Source: Squalus acanthias (lineage: Eukaryota). Taken from it: a stretch of DNA of 64,000 nt. Below are positions 19,612-32,600 of this stretch, in pieces. The DNA lies in contig CM059431.1 of NCBI GenBank assembly GCA_030390025.1, positions 126,978,001-127,042,000 of the forward strand. The letters run 5' to 3'. Below the pieces are notes generated by a model. The model was not told the origin of the DNA. It searched no databases and saw only the letters and a list, made by a program, of their open reading frames with translations. Position 1 is the stretch's first letter; every line of letters starts with the position of its first letter. Position numbers and translations under genes: made by a program.

Positions 19612-20971
19612 CCATCCTGGAGTTTCTCGGTATCCTCCTCACAGCACACACGCCCACCCAGCTTTGTGTCATCTGCAAACTTGGAGATATTACATTTAGT
19701 TCCCTTATCTAGATCATTAATGTATATTGTGAATAGCTGGGGTCCAAGGACCGATCCCTGCGGTACTCCAATAGTCACTGCCTGCCACTCAGAAAAAGAC
19801 CCATTAATTCCTACTTTCTGCTTTCTGTCCGCCAACCAGTTCTCTATCCAAGTCAATACCTTGCCCCCAATCCCATGTGCCTTAACTTTACACACTAATC
19901 TCTTATGCGGGACCTTATCGAAAGCCTTTTGAAAGTCCAAATACACCACATCTACTGGTTCTCCCTTATCTATTTTCCCAGTTACATCCTCAAAAAATTC
20001 CAGTAGATTAGTCAAGCACGATTTACCTTTTGTAAATCCATGTTGACTTTGTCCGATCCTGTCACTGTTTTCCAAGTGCTCAGCTATTACATCCTTTATA
20101 ATGGACTCTAGCATTTTCCCCACTACCGATGTCAGGCTTACCGGTCTGTAATTCCCTGCTTTCTCTCTACCACCCTTTTTGAATAGTGGGGTACACATTA
20201 GCTACCCTCCAATCCATGGGTACAGTTCCAGATTCCATCGAATGTTGGAAGATGATCAGCAATGCATCTACTATTTCTAGGGCCACTTCCTTAAGTACCC
20301 TAGGATGTAGATTATCAGGCCCTGGGAATTTATCGGCCTTTAATCCCGTCAATTTCCCTAACACCATTTCCCTATAAATACTGATTTCTTTCAGTTCCTC
20401 CCTTTCATCAGACCCTATGTTCTCCAACATTTCTGGGAGGTTATTTGTCTCCTCTTTTGTGAAGACAGAACCAAAATATGTATTTAATTGGTCTGCCATT
20501 TCTTTGTTCCCCATTATAACTTCCCCCGCTTCTGACTGCAAGGGACCTACGGTTGATTTCACTAATCTTTTTTTCTCTTCACATATCTATAAAAGCTCTT
20601 ACAGTCAGTTTTTATGTTCTCTGCAAGCTTACTTTCATATTCTATTTTCCCCTTCTTAATTAATCCCTTTGTCCTCCTTTGTTGAATCCTAAACTGCTCC
20701 CAATCCTCAGGGTTTTCTGGCCAATTTATATGCCCTCTCTTTGGATCTTATGCTATCCCTAATTTCCCTTGTTAGCCACGGTTGAGTCACCCTTTTTGTT
20801 TTATTCTTCTGCCACAATGGGATGAACAAATTCTGTAGTTCATCCATGCAGTCTTTGAATGTTTGCCATTGCCTATCCACCGTCAACCCCTTGAGCGACA
20901 TTCCCCAATCAATCCTACCCAACTCGCGCCTCATACCATCGTAGTTTCCTTTATTTAAATTCAGGACCCTA

Positions 20972-21710
20972 GGGGGAAAAATTCAGCTGCTTGCGCCTCC
21001 CATTAGCGCCTTAAGAGGCTAACGCCCAGGCGCAGCGCCGCCCACGCCTCCCGAAAAATTCAGCGGGAGGTTAGCGGCGGCGCCAGCCGGTAGCGCCCTG
21101 TGGCGCTGCGCCGCCGGCGATGACGTCATTGCCGTGCGCAGCACCCCGCTCGCGCTCCAGCCGCGATCTTCAGTCGCGCCCCCTGATTTACCGCCAGACG
21201 CTATGTCCGACGGGTTCAGGGAGGCGTACGTGCGGCCGGGGCGGCGATATTTAAAGGGGAGGTGGCAGGCGGCCATTTTTGTTGCTGGCCGCCTGCCAGC
21301 ACCTGCCCCCGGCCCCCGTGAAGCCCCCCCACCGTGAAGTGCCGGCTGCGCTCCAAGAGCCCGACACTTCTCTTGAGTGCCGGGCTCTTTTGCCGGCACT
21401 CCCGATCCCTGGGGGCCCAGCTGGGCCCCGGTTTGCGCTGCGCAGGGTCCCTCCCCTTTAAGAAGGGGAGGAAGGCCTGCAATACCGCGGCGCGACGTGC
21501 CGCAGCGCGTGGCGCTGCGGCACGTAGCGCCAGGATATTCACTCGCAGCGCCCCAAGAGGGATGCGGGGTGCTTCCAGTGGCGCCCCGCTTCCCTCTTGG
21601 GGTGCAACCACTGAAGTTCCGGCGCGGGGCCGCTAATTTTTTCGGGGCACTAAAAGTCGCGCCCCGGCGAGGTTAGCGCCCCAAATGGGGCGCGACTCAA
21701 TTTTTACCCC
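20972..21710. mobile_element. Harbinger-type MITE, family A copy 2
   Basis: GGGG(G/T)AAAAATT TIRs and CTA TSD; inverted relative to 8276-9005. Confidence 0.82.
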
Positions 21711-22365
21711 CTAGTCTCTGATTCAACTACTTCACTCTCCATCCTAATGAAGAATTCTATCATATTATGATCACTCTGACCCAAGGGGCCTCGTACAACA
21801 AGATTGCTAATTAATCCTTTCGCGTTACATAATACCCAGTCTAAGATGGCCTAATCTCTGGTTGGTTCCTTGACATATTGTTCCAGAAAACCATCCCATA
21901 AAACATTCTAGGAATTCCTCCTCCACAGTATTTTTACTAATTTGGTTAGCCCAATCTATATGTAAATTAAAGTCACCCATGATGACTGCTGTGCCCTTAC
22001 TGCATGCTTCTCTAATTTCCCTTTTAATGCCGTCCCCAACCTTCATATTATTGTTTGGAGGTCTATATACCACTCCCACTAACGTTTTCTGCCCCTTGTT
22101 ATTTCTCAGTTCTACCCATACAGATTCCGCATCATCAGAGTTACTATCCTTCCTTTTAATTGTGTTAATCCCCTCTTTAACCAGCAATGCTGCCCCTCCT
22201 CCCTTTCTTTTTTGCCTATCTTTCCTAAATATTAAATACCCCTGGATGTTGAGTTCCCAGCCTTGGCCACCCTGGAGCCATGTTTCTGTAATCCCAATCA
22301 AATCGTATTAATTTACCTCTATTTGCGCAGCTAATTCATCCACCTTGTTCCAAATGCTCCTTTCA

Positions 22366-23260
22366 GGAGGAAAAATTCACTCGCGCCCCGTTTGGGACGC
22401 AAATATCATCCGGGCTCAAAAATTAACGCCTGCCGCTAATTATCGCCACTGACTGGAAAATTCACTTTTAACGCCCCTGGAGGTGATTGGAGCGCTAAAT
22501 CAGGCGCTTCACACCTGTCTTAAGGCGCAAAGGCCGAGGAGCGAGGCGCTACCTTTCAGAGCGCTGGCGAAGCTCATGTGATGTCAGTCAGCAATGGAAC
22601 ACACACACAATGGCCTGGGCCAGTTCTTAAAGGGGATGGTGAATATTGCTTTCCATCCACATCCTGCTCATTGCAGCCTTGAATCTCAGCCTGGAGAGAC
22701 CTGCACATCAAATCTGCTGGAAAGAACAATGGAGAGTACCAGGCAAAGAGCTCAGAGTGCAGCCCCCACAGACTCTTCTAAATCGATACAAGGAATGGCA
22801 GATCAAAATGAAGCTGCAAAGTGCTGCTCAGTACCCAAAACTCCTTCACACAACGTTGAATCTCTCCAGAAGTCTCTCCCTCTCTCTCTCAGAATGCGTA
22901 GTTCAAAAATGGCAACAAGAATAAAAGGCAGGAAGCGGTCACCTTTAAATAGCGCTCCCCCTTTCCCTTCATGACTGCAGAACGCTCCCCTCAACCTGTC
23001 GTTGCTAGCGTCAGGCGGTAAGGCAGGGGGCGCCACTCAATTTCCGCTCCGGGGCGTTACCGGAGCGTTGCGTACTCGACTGACGTCACGATCTGCCGGT
23101 GCAGGAGATCGTGGTGGTAGTGTTTAGCGCCGCCGCAAAATGTCTAGTTAAGTTCGCGAGCGGTGCAAACATCGCTGCGCCCGGGCCCAAGCTGCTTTGC
23201 GCCCCATTAGCGCCCTCTTAAGGCGCTAACGGGAGGCGCAACCAACAGAATTTTTCCCCC
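22366..23260. mobile_element. Harbinger-type MITE, family B copy 1
   Basis: GG(A/G)GGAAAAATTC termini; highly similar inverted copy at 25021-25892; TSD not clear. Confidence 0.78.
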
Positions 23261-25020
23261 AAAGCCTTCAGGCTTGTTTTTTTAACGCTCTCAGACCTAT
23301 ATAAATTATTATTTACTGTGACCATGTTTGATTTAAACCGTTGAGTTCTTTGCCTTCTACTTTTGTTTTTCTCCTTCCTGTCTTTTGCTTTTATCCTTGT
23401 TTCCCTTTCCTCTGTCTCCCTGCTCAGGTTCCCAACCCCCTGCCACTTTAGTTTAAACCCTCCCCAACAGCACTAGCAAACACTCCCCCAGGACATCGGT
23501 CCTGGCCCTGCCCATGTGCAGACCGTCCCGTTTGTACTGGTCCCACCTCCCCCAGAACCGGTTCCAATGTTCAAGGAATTTGAATCCCTCCCCCTTGCAC
23601 CATTCCTCTAGCCACGTATTCATTTGAAATAACCACCTATTTCTACTCTGACTAGCACGTGGCACTGGTAGCAATCCTGAGATTACTACCTTTGAGGTCC
23701 TCTTTTTTAATTTACCTCCTAACTCCCTATATTCTGCTTTTAGGACCTCATCCCATTTTTTACCTATATCGTTGGTGCCTATGTGCAGCACGACAACTCG
23801 CTGATCACCCTTCCCCTCCAAAAAGTTCCGTAGCCGCTCTGAGACATCCTTGACCCTTGCACCAGGGAGGCAACACACCATCCTGGAGTCTTGTATCCGG
23901 CCGCAGAAACGCCTATCTATTCCCCTTACAATTGAGTCCCCTATCAGTATAGCTCTTCCACACTTTTTCCTCCCAGCCTGTGCAGCAGAGCCACCCATGG
24001 TGCCAGGAAGTTGGCTGCTGCTGCCTTCCCCTGATAAGCCATCCCCCCCAACAGTATCCAAAGTGGTATATCTGTTTGAGAGGGGGATGGCCACAGGGGA
24101 CCCTTGCACTACCTGCCTGCAGCTCTTACTCTGCCTGGTGGTCACCCATTCACTTCCTGCCTGTACACCCTTTACCTGCGGTGTGACCAACTCGCTAAAC
24201 GTGCTATCCACGATGTTCTCAGCGTCGCGAATGCTCCAATATGCATCCATCCACAGCTCCAGAGCCGCAATGCGGTCTATCAGTAGCTGCAGCTGGATAC
24301 ACTTTCCACAGACAGGAAGTGTCCCTGATTTCCCACATATAGCAGGAGGAGCATATCACGGGGCGGAGCTCTCCTGCCATGACTTACCCTTTAATTAATT
24401 AATTAAAATTAAATTAAATGAATCCCACCAATTTCACTTCAATTAAATGATATACTCAAGGGTCCTTTCTTAACAGTAGTCCCCGCTACACAACAGAGAC
24501 ACTAGAAACCGCAAAATTTTAAGTTTAGAAAAATCTAGAAGCAAAATACTCACCAACCAATCACTTACCTGCTTCTTGGTGACGTCACAGTTCGATTGTT
24601 TTTTGCTTCCCTCTCCCGGACCTGGATTAGGGAAAATCCCCCTAGCTCACTTTTATACCGCCGTTCGCCGCTCCTCGGGCTGCAGGAAGAGTGATGGCAG
24701 AGCAGGAGCACTTTGGATGAAATTCTCGCCTTAGTATCATCCTAGTCAGCCTCCTCTGAACCCTTTCTAGAGCCTCAATATTATTCACTATGTGGTGAGA
24801 CCAAATCTCGACATATTTCATCGTGGAACATACCAGACCATTGTATAGCCTTGATATAATACGCATCATTTGTACTCCATGGTCCTAAAACTTATTGGTT
24901 TAACCTGTAGCCACTTCACACTACTTATGCACCTTTAATTAATGATCAGCTGCTACTCCCAGATTTCCTTTTTGATCCATTACCTTTACTGGCTACCCAT
25001 GTATGGCATTAATATGCTTG

Positions 25021-25892
25021 GGGGGGAAAATTCAGTTAGTTGCGCCTCCCGTTAGCGCCTTAAGAGGGCGCTAATGGGGTGCAAAGCATCTAGCGCCCAG
25101 GCGTGGCGAAGTTTGCGCCGCTCGCGAAATTAACTAGACATTTTGCGGCGGCGCTAAACACTACCGCCACGATCTCCTGCGCCGGCAGATCGTGACGTCA
25201 CTCGAGTACGCAACGCCCCGGTATCACCCCGGAGCAGATATTGAGTGGCGCCCCCTGCCTTACCGCCTGATGCTAGCAACGACAGGTTGAGGGGAGCGTT
25301 CTGCAGTCATGTAGGGAAAGGGGGAGCGCTATTTAAAGGTGACCGCTTCCTGCCTTTTATTGTTGGTGCCATTTTTGAACTACGCATTCTGAGAGAGAGA
25401 GGGAGAGACTTCTGGAGAGATTCAACATTGTGTGAAGGAGTTTTGGGTACTGAGCAGCACTTTGCAGGTTCATTTTGATTTGCCATTCCTTGTATCGATT
25501 TAGAAGAGACTGTGGGGGCTGCACTCTGAGCTCTTTGTCTGGTTCTCTCCATTGTTCTTTCCAGCACAGGCCGAGATTCAAGGCTGCAATGAGCAGGATG
25601 TGGATGGAAAGCAAGATTAACCATCCCCTTTAAGAACTGGCCCGTGCCATTGTGTATGTGTTCCATTGCTGACTGACATCACATGAGCTTCGCCAGCGCT
25701 CTGAGGTAGCGCCTCGCTCCTCGGCCTTTGCGCCTTAAGACAGGTGTGAAGCGCTTGATTTAGCGCTGCAATCACCTCCAGGGGCGATAAAAGTCAAGTT
25801 TGCAGTCGGTGGCGATAATTAGTGCCAGGCGCTAATCTTTGCGCCCGGCCGATAATTGCGCCCCAAATGGGGCGATACTGAATTTCTCCCCC
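25021..25892. mobile_element. Harbinger-type MITE, family B copy 2
   Basis: GGGGG...AAATTCAG termini and TTG TSD (25018-25020 / 25893-25895). Confidence 0.82.
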
Positions 25893-26469
25893 TTGGTGTT
25901 TCCTATAAGTGCATGATACTGCACTTGTTGACATTAATGACATCGGTCACAAACAGTCCAGTCCACTAGGGGGCTAACTTGGGCTCTGTAGCACCCATTT
26001 TTTGGGCATTAGGAGGCTTCCTAAAGGTCATAAATGGCGTCCACGATGGCGCACACACTTCTGATGGGAAGTGCACCGGACGCCATATTTGTAAAGGGGT
26101 TTGTGCGCACGCACCTATCGACCGCCAGAAACATGCAGTGCAGGCAGATCATGATGTCAGAGTGCAACACTGATTTGACGCCAAAGCTACCGTTTTCGAG
26201 CTCCATGCTCCAACCTACACCCTCTCTTAACTTCACACAGATGAACGTGACGTTAAACAGCATGAAGGACCTCCACCAGTGCTATTTAAAGGGATCATGA
26301 ACTGCTTACAGGTTAGTTGCTGTATTATTTCTTCTAGCTGTTGATCCAATTCTACGCATTTTAGGAGCTTTTCAATACTTGTCTAAAGTTTCAATAGTCT
26401 GTAGGGAGTGGTCTGAAGTACTATTTTGGTGACTTAAAGGCTTGTACTGAAACCAGTTGCTTACAGACA

Positions 26470-27480
26470 TGGGTGGCCTAGTAGGCCTTCCTCTTGAAAT
26501 AGAGCATGACCGGGAGAATGAAGAGAGGCCTTGCAGAGCAGAAGAGGGAGAGGGAGGAGACAGAGAAGGGCTCTCAGCAGGAGGCCATATCTGCAGAGGG
26601 TGTTTAGGGAGCAATTCTCTTACCTCAACTTCAGCGACGACCAATGCTTGAGACATCTGCACTTCACTAAAGAGGTCGTTAATGAAATCTGCCAGCTGCT
26701 GGAGCCACAACTCCAACCTCAGAGCAGGGCAAGGGCCGCATTGCCTGTGACTGTGGCTCTGAACTTTTATGTGTCTGGCTCCTTCCAGGCTGCTGCTGCA
26801 GATACAAGCAACAATCTCGCAGTTTGCAGTACACTGAGGTCACTGAGGCTCTCTATACCAAGAGAGACAGCTTCAACTCATTCCCTCTTGCCAGAGACAA
26901 GCAGGAGGAGCGAGCACAAGGGTTTGCTCAGATTCCAGCCTTCCCCATGGTGCAAGGTGCCATTGACTGCATGCACATTTCTTTGCGTGCACCTCATGTC
27001 AACTCTGCCATTTTCTTGAACCAAAAGAGATTCCACTCCCTCAATGTGCAGCTGGTGTGCTACCACAAGCAGCGTATCATGTAGGTCAATACCCGGTATC
27101 CTGGCAGCAGTCACGATTCATTCATTCTGCGGCAGTCCTTTGTGCCAGCTGTATTTGAACCACCATGGCAATTCAAAGGGTGGCAGTAGGAGACAAGGGT
27201 GATCCACTCATGACATGGCTCATGACTCAGCTGAGCAGGTATCATGATTTGTGGTGGTATGCTGCATGCTGAGATGGTGCAGCACTTGCCACCACTCATC
27301 CAGCAAGAAGCTGAGGAGCAGGAGCACAAGGAGGAGGAAGTGGAGGATGAGAAATTGGAGGAGGAGGAAATAAAGGAACAGAAAGAAGAGTAACAGGAAG
27401 AGGAGGAACAGGAAGAAGATGGGGAGGCTGCAATGTAGACAACCCCTTTCTGCCCGTGCTCTACGTGATCAAATAATTCA
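26470..27480 (+). pseudogene. Harbinger (HARBI1-like) DDE transposase remnant
   Basis: [37 protein letters not shown] and YPGSSHDS motifs across broken frames; acidic C-tail. Confidence 0.85.
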
Positions 27481-28481
27481 TGAGCGATACCAGTAACCTC
27501 AAACACAACTCCCAATTCACCAACAGTCCCAGACTCCTTACATTTCCTCTGCCACTGATCACATCGTCCTTTTTCCCACAATGCAAAACTGAAAGCCAAC
27601 ACAACATACACATTCCTATCAAAATTTATAAATGAAATCATGACATAATGCATACACAAATAAATTAATGATCTTTGTGCCTTCCCTTAGTGTGTCTTCC
27701 ATGTGCCTTTGCCTCTCCTAATGCTCTATGAGGTGCTTCCCCAGTGGCTACAGCATGGCTGGTGGAAGGCTACCGACCTTCAGTTGAGAAGACTGCAGAT
27801 GGCCTTAGAGGGTGACCTCAAGCAGCTTTGAGCCTAGAACGGCCGACTTCAAACTGCACCACCTCGGCATGGGTGGCAGCAGTCTGGGCTGGCTGGCTGA
27901 CAGGCTAGAGCAAGGGCACTGGCGGAGTGGCAGGGGTGGGAGCACAAATGCTGAGAGAGGACAGCAGGTTTGTACTCCATGAAGCCAGTGACACTCTCCA
28001 GGGGCAGCTCAGCAATACTAGTAGTCTGTTGGAGCACAGATTGCTGGAGTGCTGTGATGCCCTGGAAGCCCCCTTGAACACTGGTATCCAGAGCCATGAT
28101 GGCAGCAAGCTGGGATTGCATGACAGCAGACTGTGCTTCCACTCCAGCACTCAGACTTTTGGTGGAAGCTGCTTATACTGCAATGGAAGCTGAGACCTCG
28201 GCTATCAGATGTCGCATCAAGATTGGTTCCACAGGTATGCTGATGAAGGTGATCACCAGTTCCATGTTGGATAGGATGGGCTCCAAGTTCTGCGCAAAGC
28301 CCTCTGCGAAGTTGGTGATGGACTCCTCGCCGCTCCTTGACATTGAACGCAGGCTTTCTGGCAGGGTTCCTAGTGCACCAAGCATTTGGGTGTGGACACC
28401 CATCAGCCTTATTCTGTAATAAAAACAGAAAATGCTGGAAATACTCAGCAGGTCAGGCAGCATCTGTCAAGAGAGAAACAG

Positions 28482-28518
28482 AGTTAATATTTCAGGTCAA
28501 TGACCTTTCATCAGAACT
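28482..28518 (-). ncRNA. Minimal hammerhead-ribozyme-like motif in a Penelope-type repeat (probably decayed)
   Basis: Minus strand reads AGTT-CTGATGA-A-AGGTC-ATT-GACCT-GAAA-TATT-AACT: HHR core CUGAUGA/GAAA, with stem II AGGTC/GACCT and stem I AGTT/AACT. Confidence 0.6.
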
Positions 28519-28841
28519 ATTGTGTAAGATTATTCTGTAGCCTGGCCCAGTGAAATCCTTATTTGTGTCATCTGCAGCAGATCTCATGTGTGACCTCACC
28601 CTCTAGCGAGCTGGCACCTATGCTATCCTTTTCCCTAGCTCCTGCGCACTTGTCCCCGGTGTCTCACCACGTGCATATCCCTCCTCTATCCTATCCTCAA
28701 AAATTTGCACAGTGTCAGTATCTGAGCTGCTGGCTGTGACTGTGAGATCGAGTGAAGGTGTCTCTTCACCTTCACTTTCTTCTTCCTCTTCCTCCACTGC
28801 CAGAGCAGTTTCCAGTTCTTGGGTATCTGAAGTGACAAAGG

Positions 28842-29128
28842 AAACATAGAAACATAGAAACATAGAATCTAGGAGCAGGAGTAGGCCATTCGGCCCGTCG
28901 AGCCTGCTCCGCCATTCAATACGATCATGGCTGATCATCCAAATCCAGTACCCTGTCCCTGCTTTAATCCCCACAGTACACATATCCCACCCTACCCCCG
29001 TAACCCCACGTATTTAATTCCCCCTAACATATCCCATCCTATCCCCATAACCCCACATATTTAATCCCCCCTAACACTAAGGGTCAATTTATCATAGCCA
29101 AATCAACCTAACCCACACATTTTTGGAC
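28842..29128 (-). mobile_element. 5'-truncated V-SINE (HE1-like) with CR1-type tail
   Basis: (CATAGAAA)n tail and CR1 3' stem-loop joined to V-domain-like GTCCAAAAATGTGTGGGTTAGGTTGATTTGGCTATGATAAATTGACCC on -. Confidence 0.55.
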
Positions 29129-29640
29129 AAGGGTTAGGTTGTGGTGAGAGGAGATGAGAAAGAAAGAAGTGCATGCTTGCACCCTGTGCAGCTTCTCAAT
29201 CAGAAGAGATTGAGGAATGAGGGAGAAGTGGGATGAGAGAAGGAAGGTTAGGTATGCAGATACCCTCATCATCAATCGCTGCAGCCCCACTGGTGGCCAC
29301 AGCCTCAGCAATGCTGCTTCCCATAATTGCTAACACTGTCTCTTCCATGGGGATTAAAACATGCAGGTGACTTGTCCCCATCCAGTTAATTCCTGCTGCC
29401 TGCGGTTATGCATCACCTTGTCCTGCAAGAAAGAGGGAAGTGTGTCAGTGAGTGTCGGCTATATGTTTGGGTGATGTGGCTGTCATGTTTGAATAGCTGC
29501 CCGTGTTTGCGAGCTGTGAGATGTGGGTGTGAGGCTTGCAACAGTGCTAAGTGTGTGAGGGTCAGGTAAAGCATATGAATGGTAGGGATGTGCACTGATT
29601 GATAGAGATCATTGGTAGATGGGTGATGGAGGTGTAGTGA

Positions 29641-32600
29641 TTTTTTTTTAATTTGTTTATGGGGTGTGGGCGTCACTGGCAAGGCCAGCATTTTTATTGC
29701 CCATCCCTAATTGCCCTTGAGAAGTCGGTGGTGAGTCGCCTTCTTGAACCGCTGCAGTTCATGTGGTGAAGGTACTCCCACAGTGCTGTTAGGTGGGGAG
29801 TTCCAGGATTTTGACCCAGCGACGATGAAGGATCGACGATATACTTCTAAGTCAGGATGGTGTGTGACTTGGAGGGGAACTTGTAGGTGGTGGTGTTCCC
29901 ATGCGCCTGCTGCCCTTCTCCTTCTAGGTGGAAGAGGTCACAGGTTTGGGAGGTGCTGCTGAAGGAGACTTGGCGAGTTGCTGCAGTGCATCTTGTAGAT
30001 GGTACACACTGCAGCCACGGTACGCCGGTGGTGGAGGGAGTGAATGTTTTTTAAGGTGGTAGATGGGGTGCCAATCAAGTGGGCTACTTTGTCCTGGATG
30101 GTGTCGAGCTTCTTGAGTGTTGTTGGAGCTGCACTCATCCAGGCAAGTGGACAGTATTCCATCACACTCCTTACTTGTGCCTTGAAGATGGTGGAAAGGC
30201 TTTGGGGAGTCAGGAGTGATACACTCATCGCAGAATACCTAGCCTCTGACCTGCTCTTGTTGCTACAGTATATATGTGGCTGGTCCAGTTAAGTTTATGG
30301 TCAATGGTGACCCCCAGGATATTGATGGTGGGGGATTTGGCGATGGTAATGCCGTTGAATGTCAAGGGGAGGTGGTTAGACGCTCGCTTGTTGGAGATAG
30401 TCATTGCCTGGCACTTCTGTGGCACGAATGTTACCTGCCACTTATCAGCCCAAGCCTGAACGTCGTCCAGGTCTTGTTGTATGCGGGCATGGACTGCTTC
30501 ATTATCTGAGGAGTTGTGAATGGCGCTGAACACTTTGCAGTCATCAGCGAACATCCCCATTTCTGACCTTATGTTGGAGGGAAGGTCATTGATGAAGCAG
30601 CTAAAGATGGTTGGGCCTAGGACACTGCCCTGAGGAACTCCTGCAGCGATGTCCTGGGGCTGTGGTGATTGACCTTCAACCACCACAAACATCTTCCTTT
30701 GTGCTAGGTATGACTCCAGCCAGTGGAGCGTTTTCCCCCCGATTCCCATAGACTTCAGTTTTACTAGGGCTCCTTGATGCCACACTCGGTCAAATGCTGC
30801 ATTGATGTCACCTCACCTCTGGAATTCAGCTCCGTTGTCCATGTTTAGACTGAGGCTGTAATGAGGTCGGGAGCCGAGTGGTCTTGGCGGAACCCAAACT
30901 GGGCATCAGTGAGCAGGTTATTGGTAAGTGCTGCTTGATAACACTGTCGATAACACCTTCCATCACTTTACTGATGATTGAGAGTAGACAGATGGGGCGG
31001 TAATTGGCCGGGTTGGATTTGTCCTGCCTTTTGTGGACAGGACATACCTGGGCAGTTTTCTACATTGTCGGATAGATGCCAGTGTTGGAGCTGTACTGGA
31101 ACAGCTTGGCTAGAGGCGCGGCTAGTTCTGGTGCACAAGTCTTCAGCACGATAGCTGGGATGTTGTCGGGGCCCATAGCCTTTACTGTATCCAGTGCGCT
31201 CAGCCGTTTCTTGATATCACGTGGAGTGAATAGAATTGGCTGAAGAATGGCTTCTGTGATGCTGGGGCCCTCAGGAGTAGGCCGATATGGATCATCCACT
31301 TGGTACTTCTGGCTGAACATGGTTGCAAATGCTTCAGCCTTGTCTTTTGCACTCACGTGCTGTGCTCCACCATCATTGAGAATGGGGATATTCATGGAGC
31401 CTCCTCCTCCCGTTAGTTGTTTAATTGTCCACCACCATTCACAACTGGATGTAGCAGGACTGCAGAGCTTTGATCTGATCTGTTGATTGTGGAATCGCTT
31501 AGCCCTGCCTATAGCATGCTGCTTCTGCTTTTTAGCATGCATGTAGTCCTGTGTTGCAGCTTCCCCAGGTTGGCGCCTCATTTTTAGATATGCCTGGCGC
31601 TGCTCCTGGCATGCTCTTCTACACTCCTTATTGAACCAGGGTTGGTCCCCTGGCTTGATGGTAATGGTAGAGTGAGGGATATGCCGGGCCATGAGGTTAC
31701 AGATTGTAGTAGAATACAGTTTTGCTGCTGCTGATGGATGCCCAGTTTTGAGCTGCTAGTACTGTTCTGAATCTATCCCAATTAGCACGGTGGTAGTGCC
31801 ACACAATATGATGGAGGGTGTCCTCAGTGTGAAGATGGGACTTTGTCTCCACAATGAGTCTGCGGTGGTCACTTCTACCAATACTGTCATGGACAGATGC
31901 ATCAGCGAGAAGTAGGTTTTTCCCTCGTGTTGGTTCTCTCACCATCTGTCGCAGGCCCAGACTGGCAGTTATGTCCTTCAGTACTCGGCTAGCAGTGGCG
32001 CTACCGAGCCACTCTTGGTGATGGACATTGAAGTCCCCCACCCAAAGTATATTCTGTGCCTTTGCTACTCTCAGTGCTTCTTCCAAGTGATGTTCAACAT
32101 GGAGGAGTACTGATTCATCAGCTGAGGGAGGGCGGTAGGTGGTAATCAGCAGGTGGTTTCCTTGTCCATGCTTGACCTGTAGCCATTACAATTCATGGGG
32201 TCCAGAGTCAATGTTGAGGACTCCCAGGGCCACTCCTTCCCAACTGTAAACCACTGTGACAGGACAGGACATACCCAGGGATGTAGATGGATGAGTTTGG
32301 GACATTGGCTGAAAGGTATGATTCTGTGAGTATGATTATGTCAGGCTGTTGCTTGACTTGTCTGTGGGACATCTCTCCCAATTTTGTCACAAGTTCCCAG
32401 GAGGTTCGACTGGGCTGGGTGTGCTGTTGCCGTGTCTGTAGCCGGTGCCTAGGTCGATGCTGGTGGTCCGTCCTGTTTCATTATTATTATTGTGTTTCGT
32501 AGCGGTTTGTCAGAACTGAGTGGCTCGCTAGGCTATTTCAGAGGGCAGTTAAGGGGGTGATTTTGCCAATGGGGTTGCGTTGGAGGCGGGACTGCTGCTT

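Larger units (their letters stand above)
14901..19612 (-). mobile_element. Inner near-full-length CR1 LINE
   Basis: (ATAAGAAC)n tail, ORF2, ORF1, 5' UTR and 5' monomer array, all collinear on the minus strand. Confidence 0.9.
14028..24630 (-). mobile_element. Outer full-length degenerate CR1 LINE, split by an inner CR1 (14901-19612) and two MITEs
   Basis: (CATAGAAA)n tail at ~14030; RT C-terminus 14130-14900 joins EDTEKLQD at 19613; RT 19613-20560; APE 21825-22301; ORF1 esterase 23453-24380; 5' UTR ~24400-24630. Confidence 0.85.

Noticed and set aside
19186..19932. 248-aa ORF with repeated PPPPRRCC units, or a CRISPR-like array
   Set aside because: It is a translation artefact of the 76-bp tandem monomers plus antisense CR1 RT; the units have no unique spacers.
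22594..22974. 126-aa ORF repeated at 25307-25666
   Set aside because: It recurs only because the MITE is duplicated; no domain was recognised.
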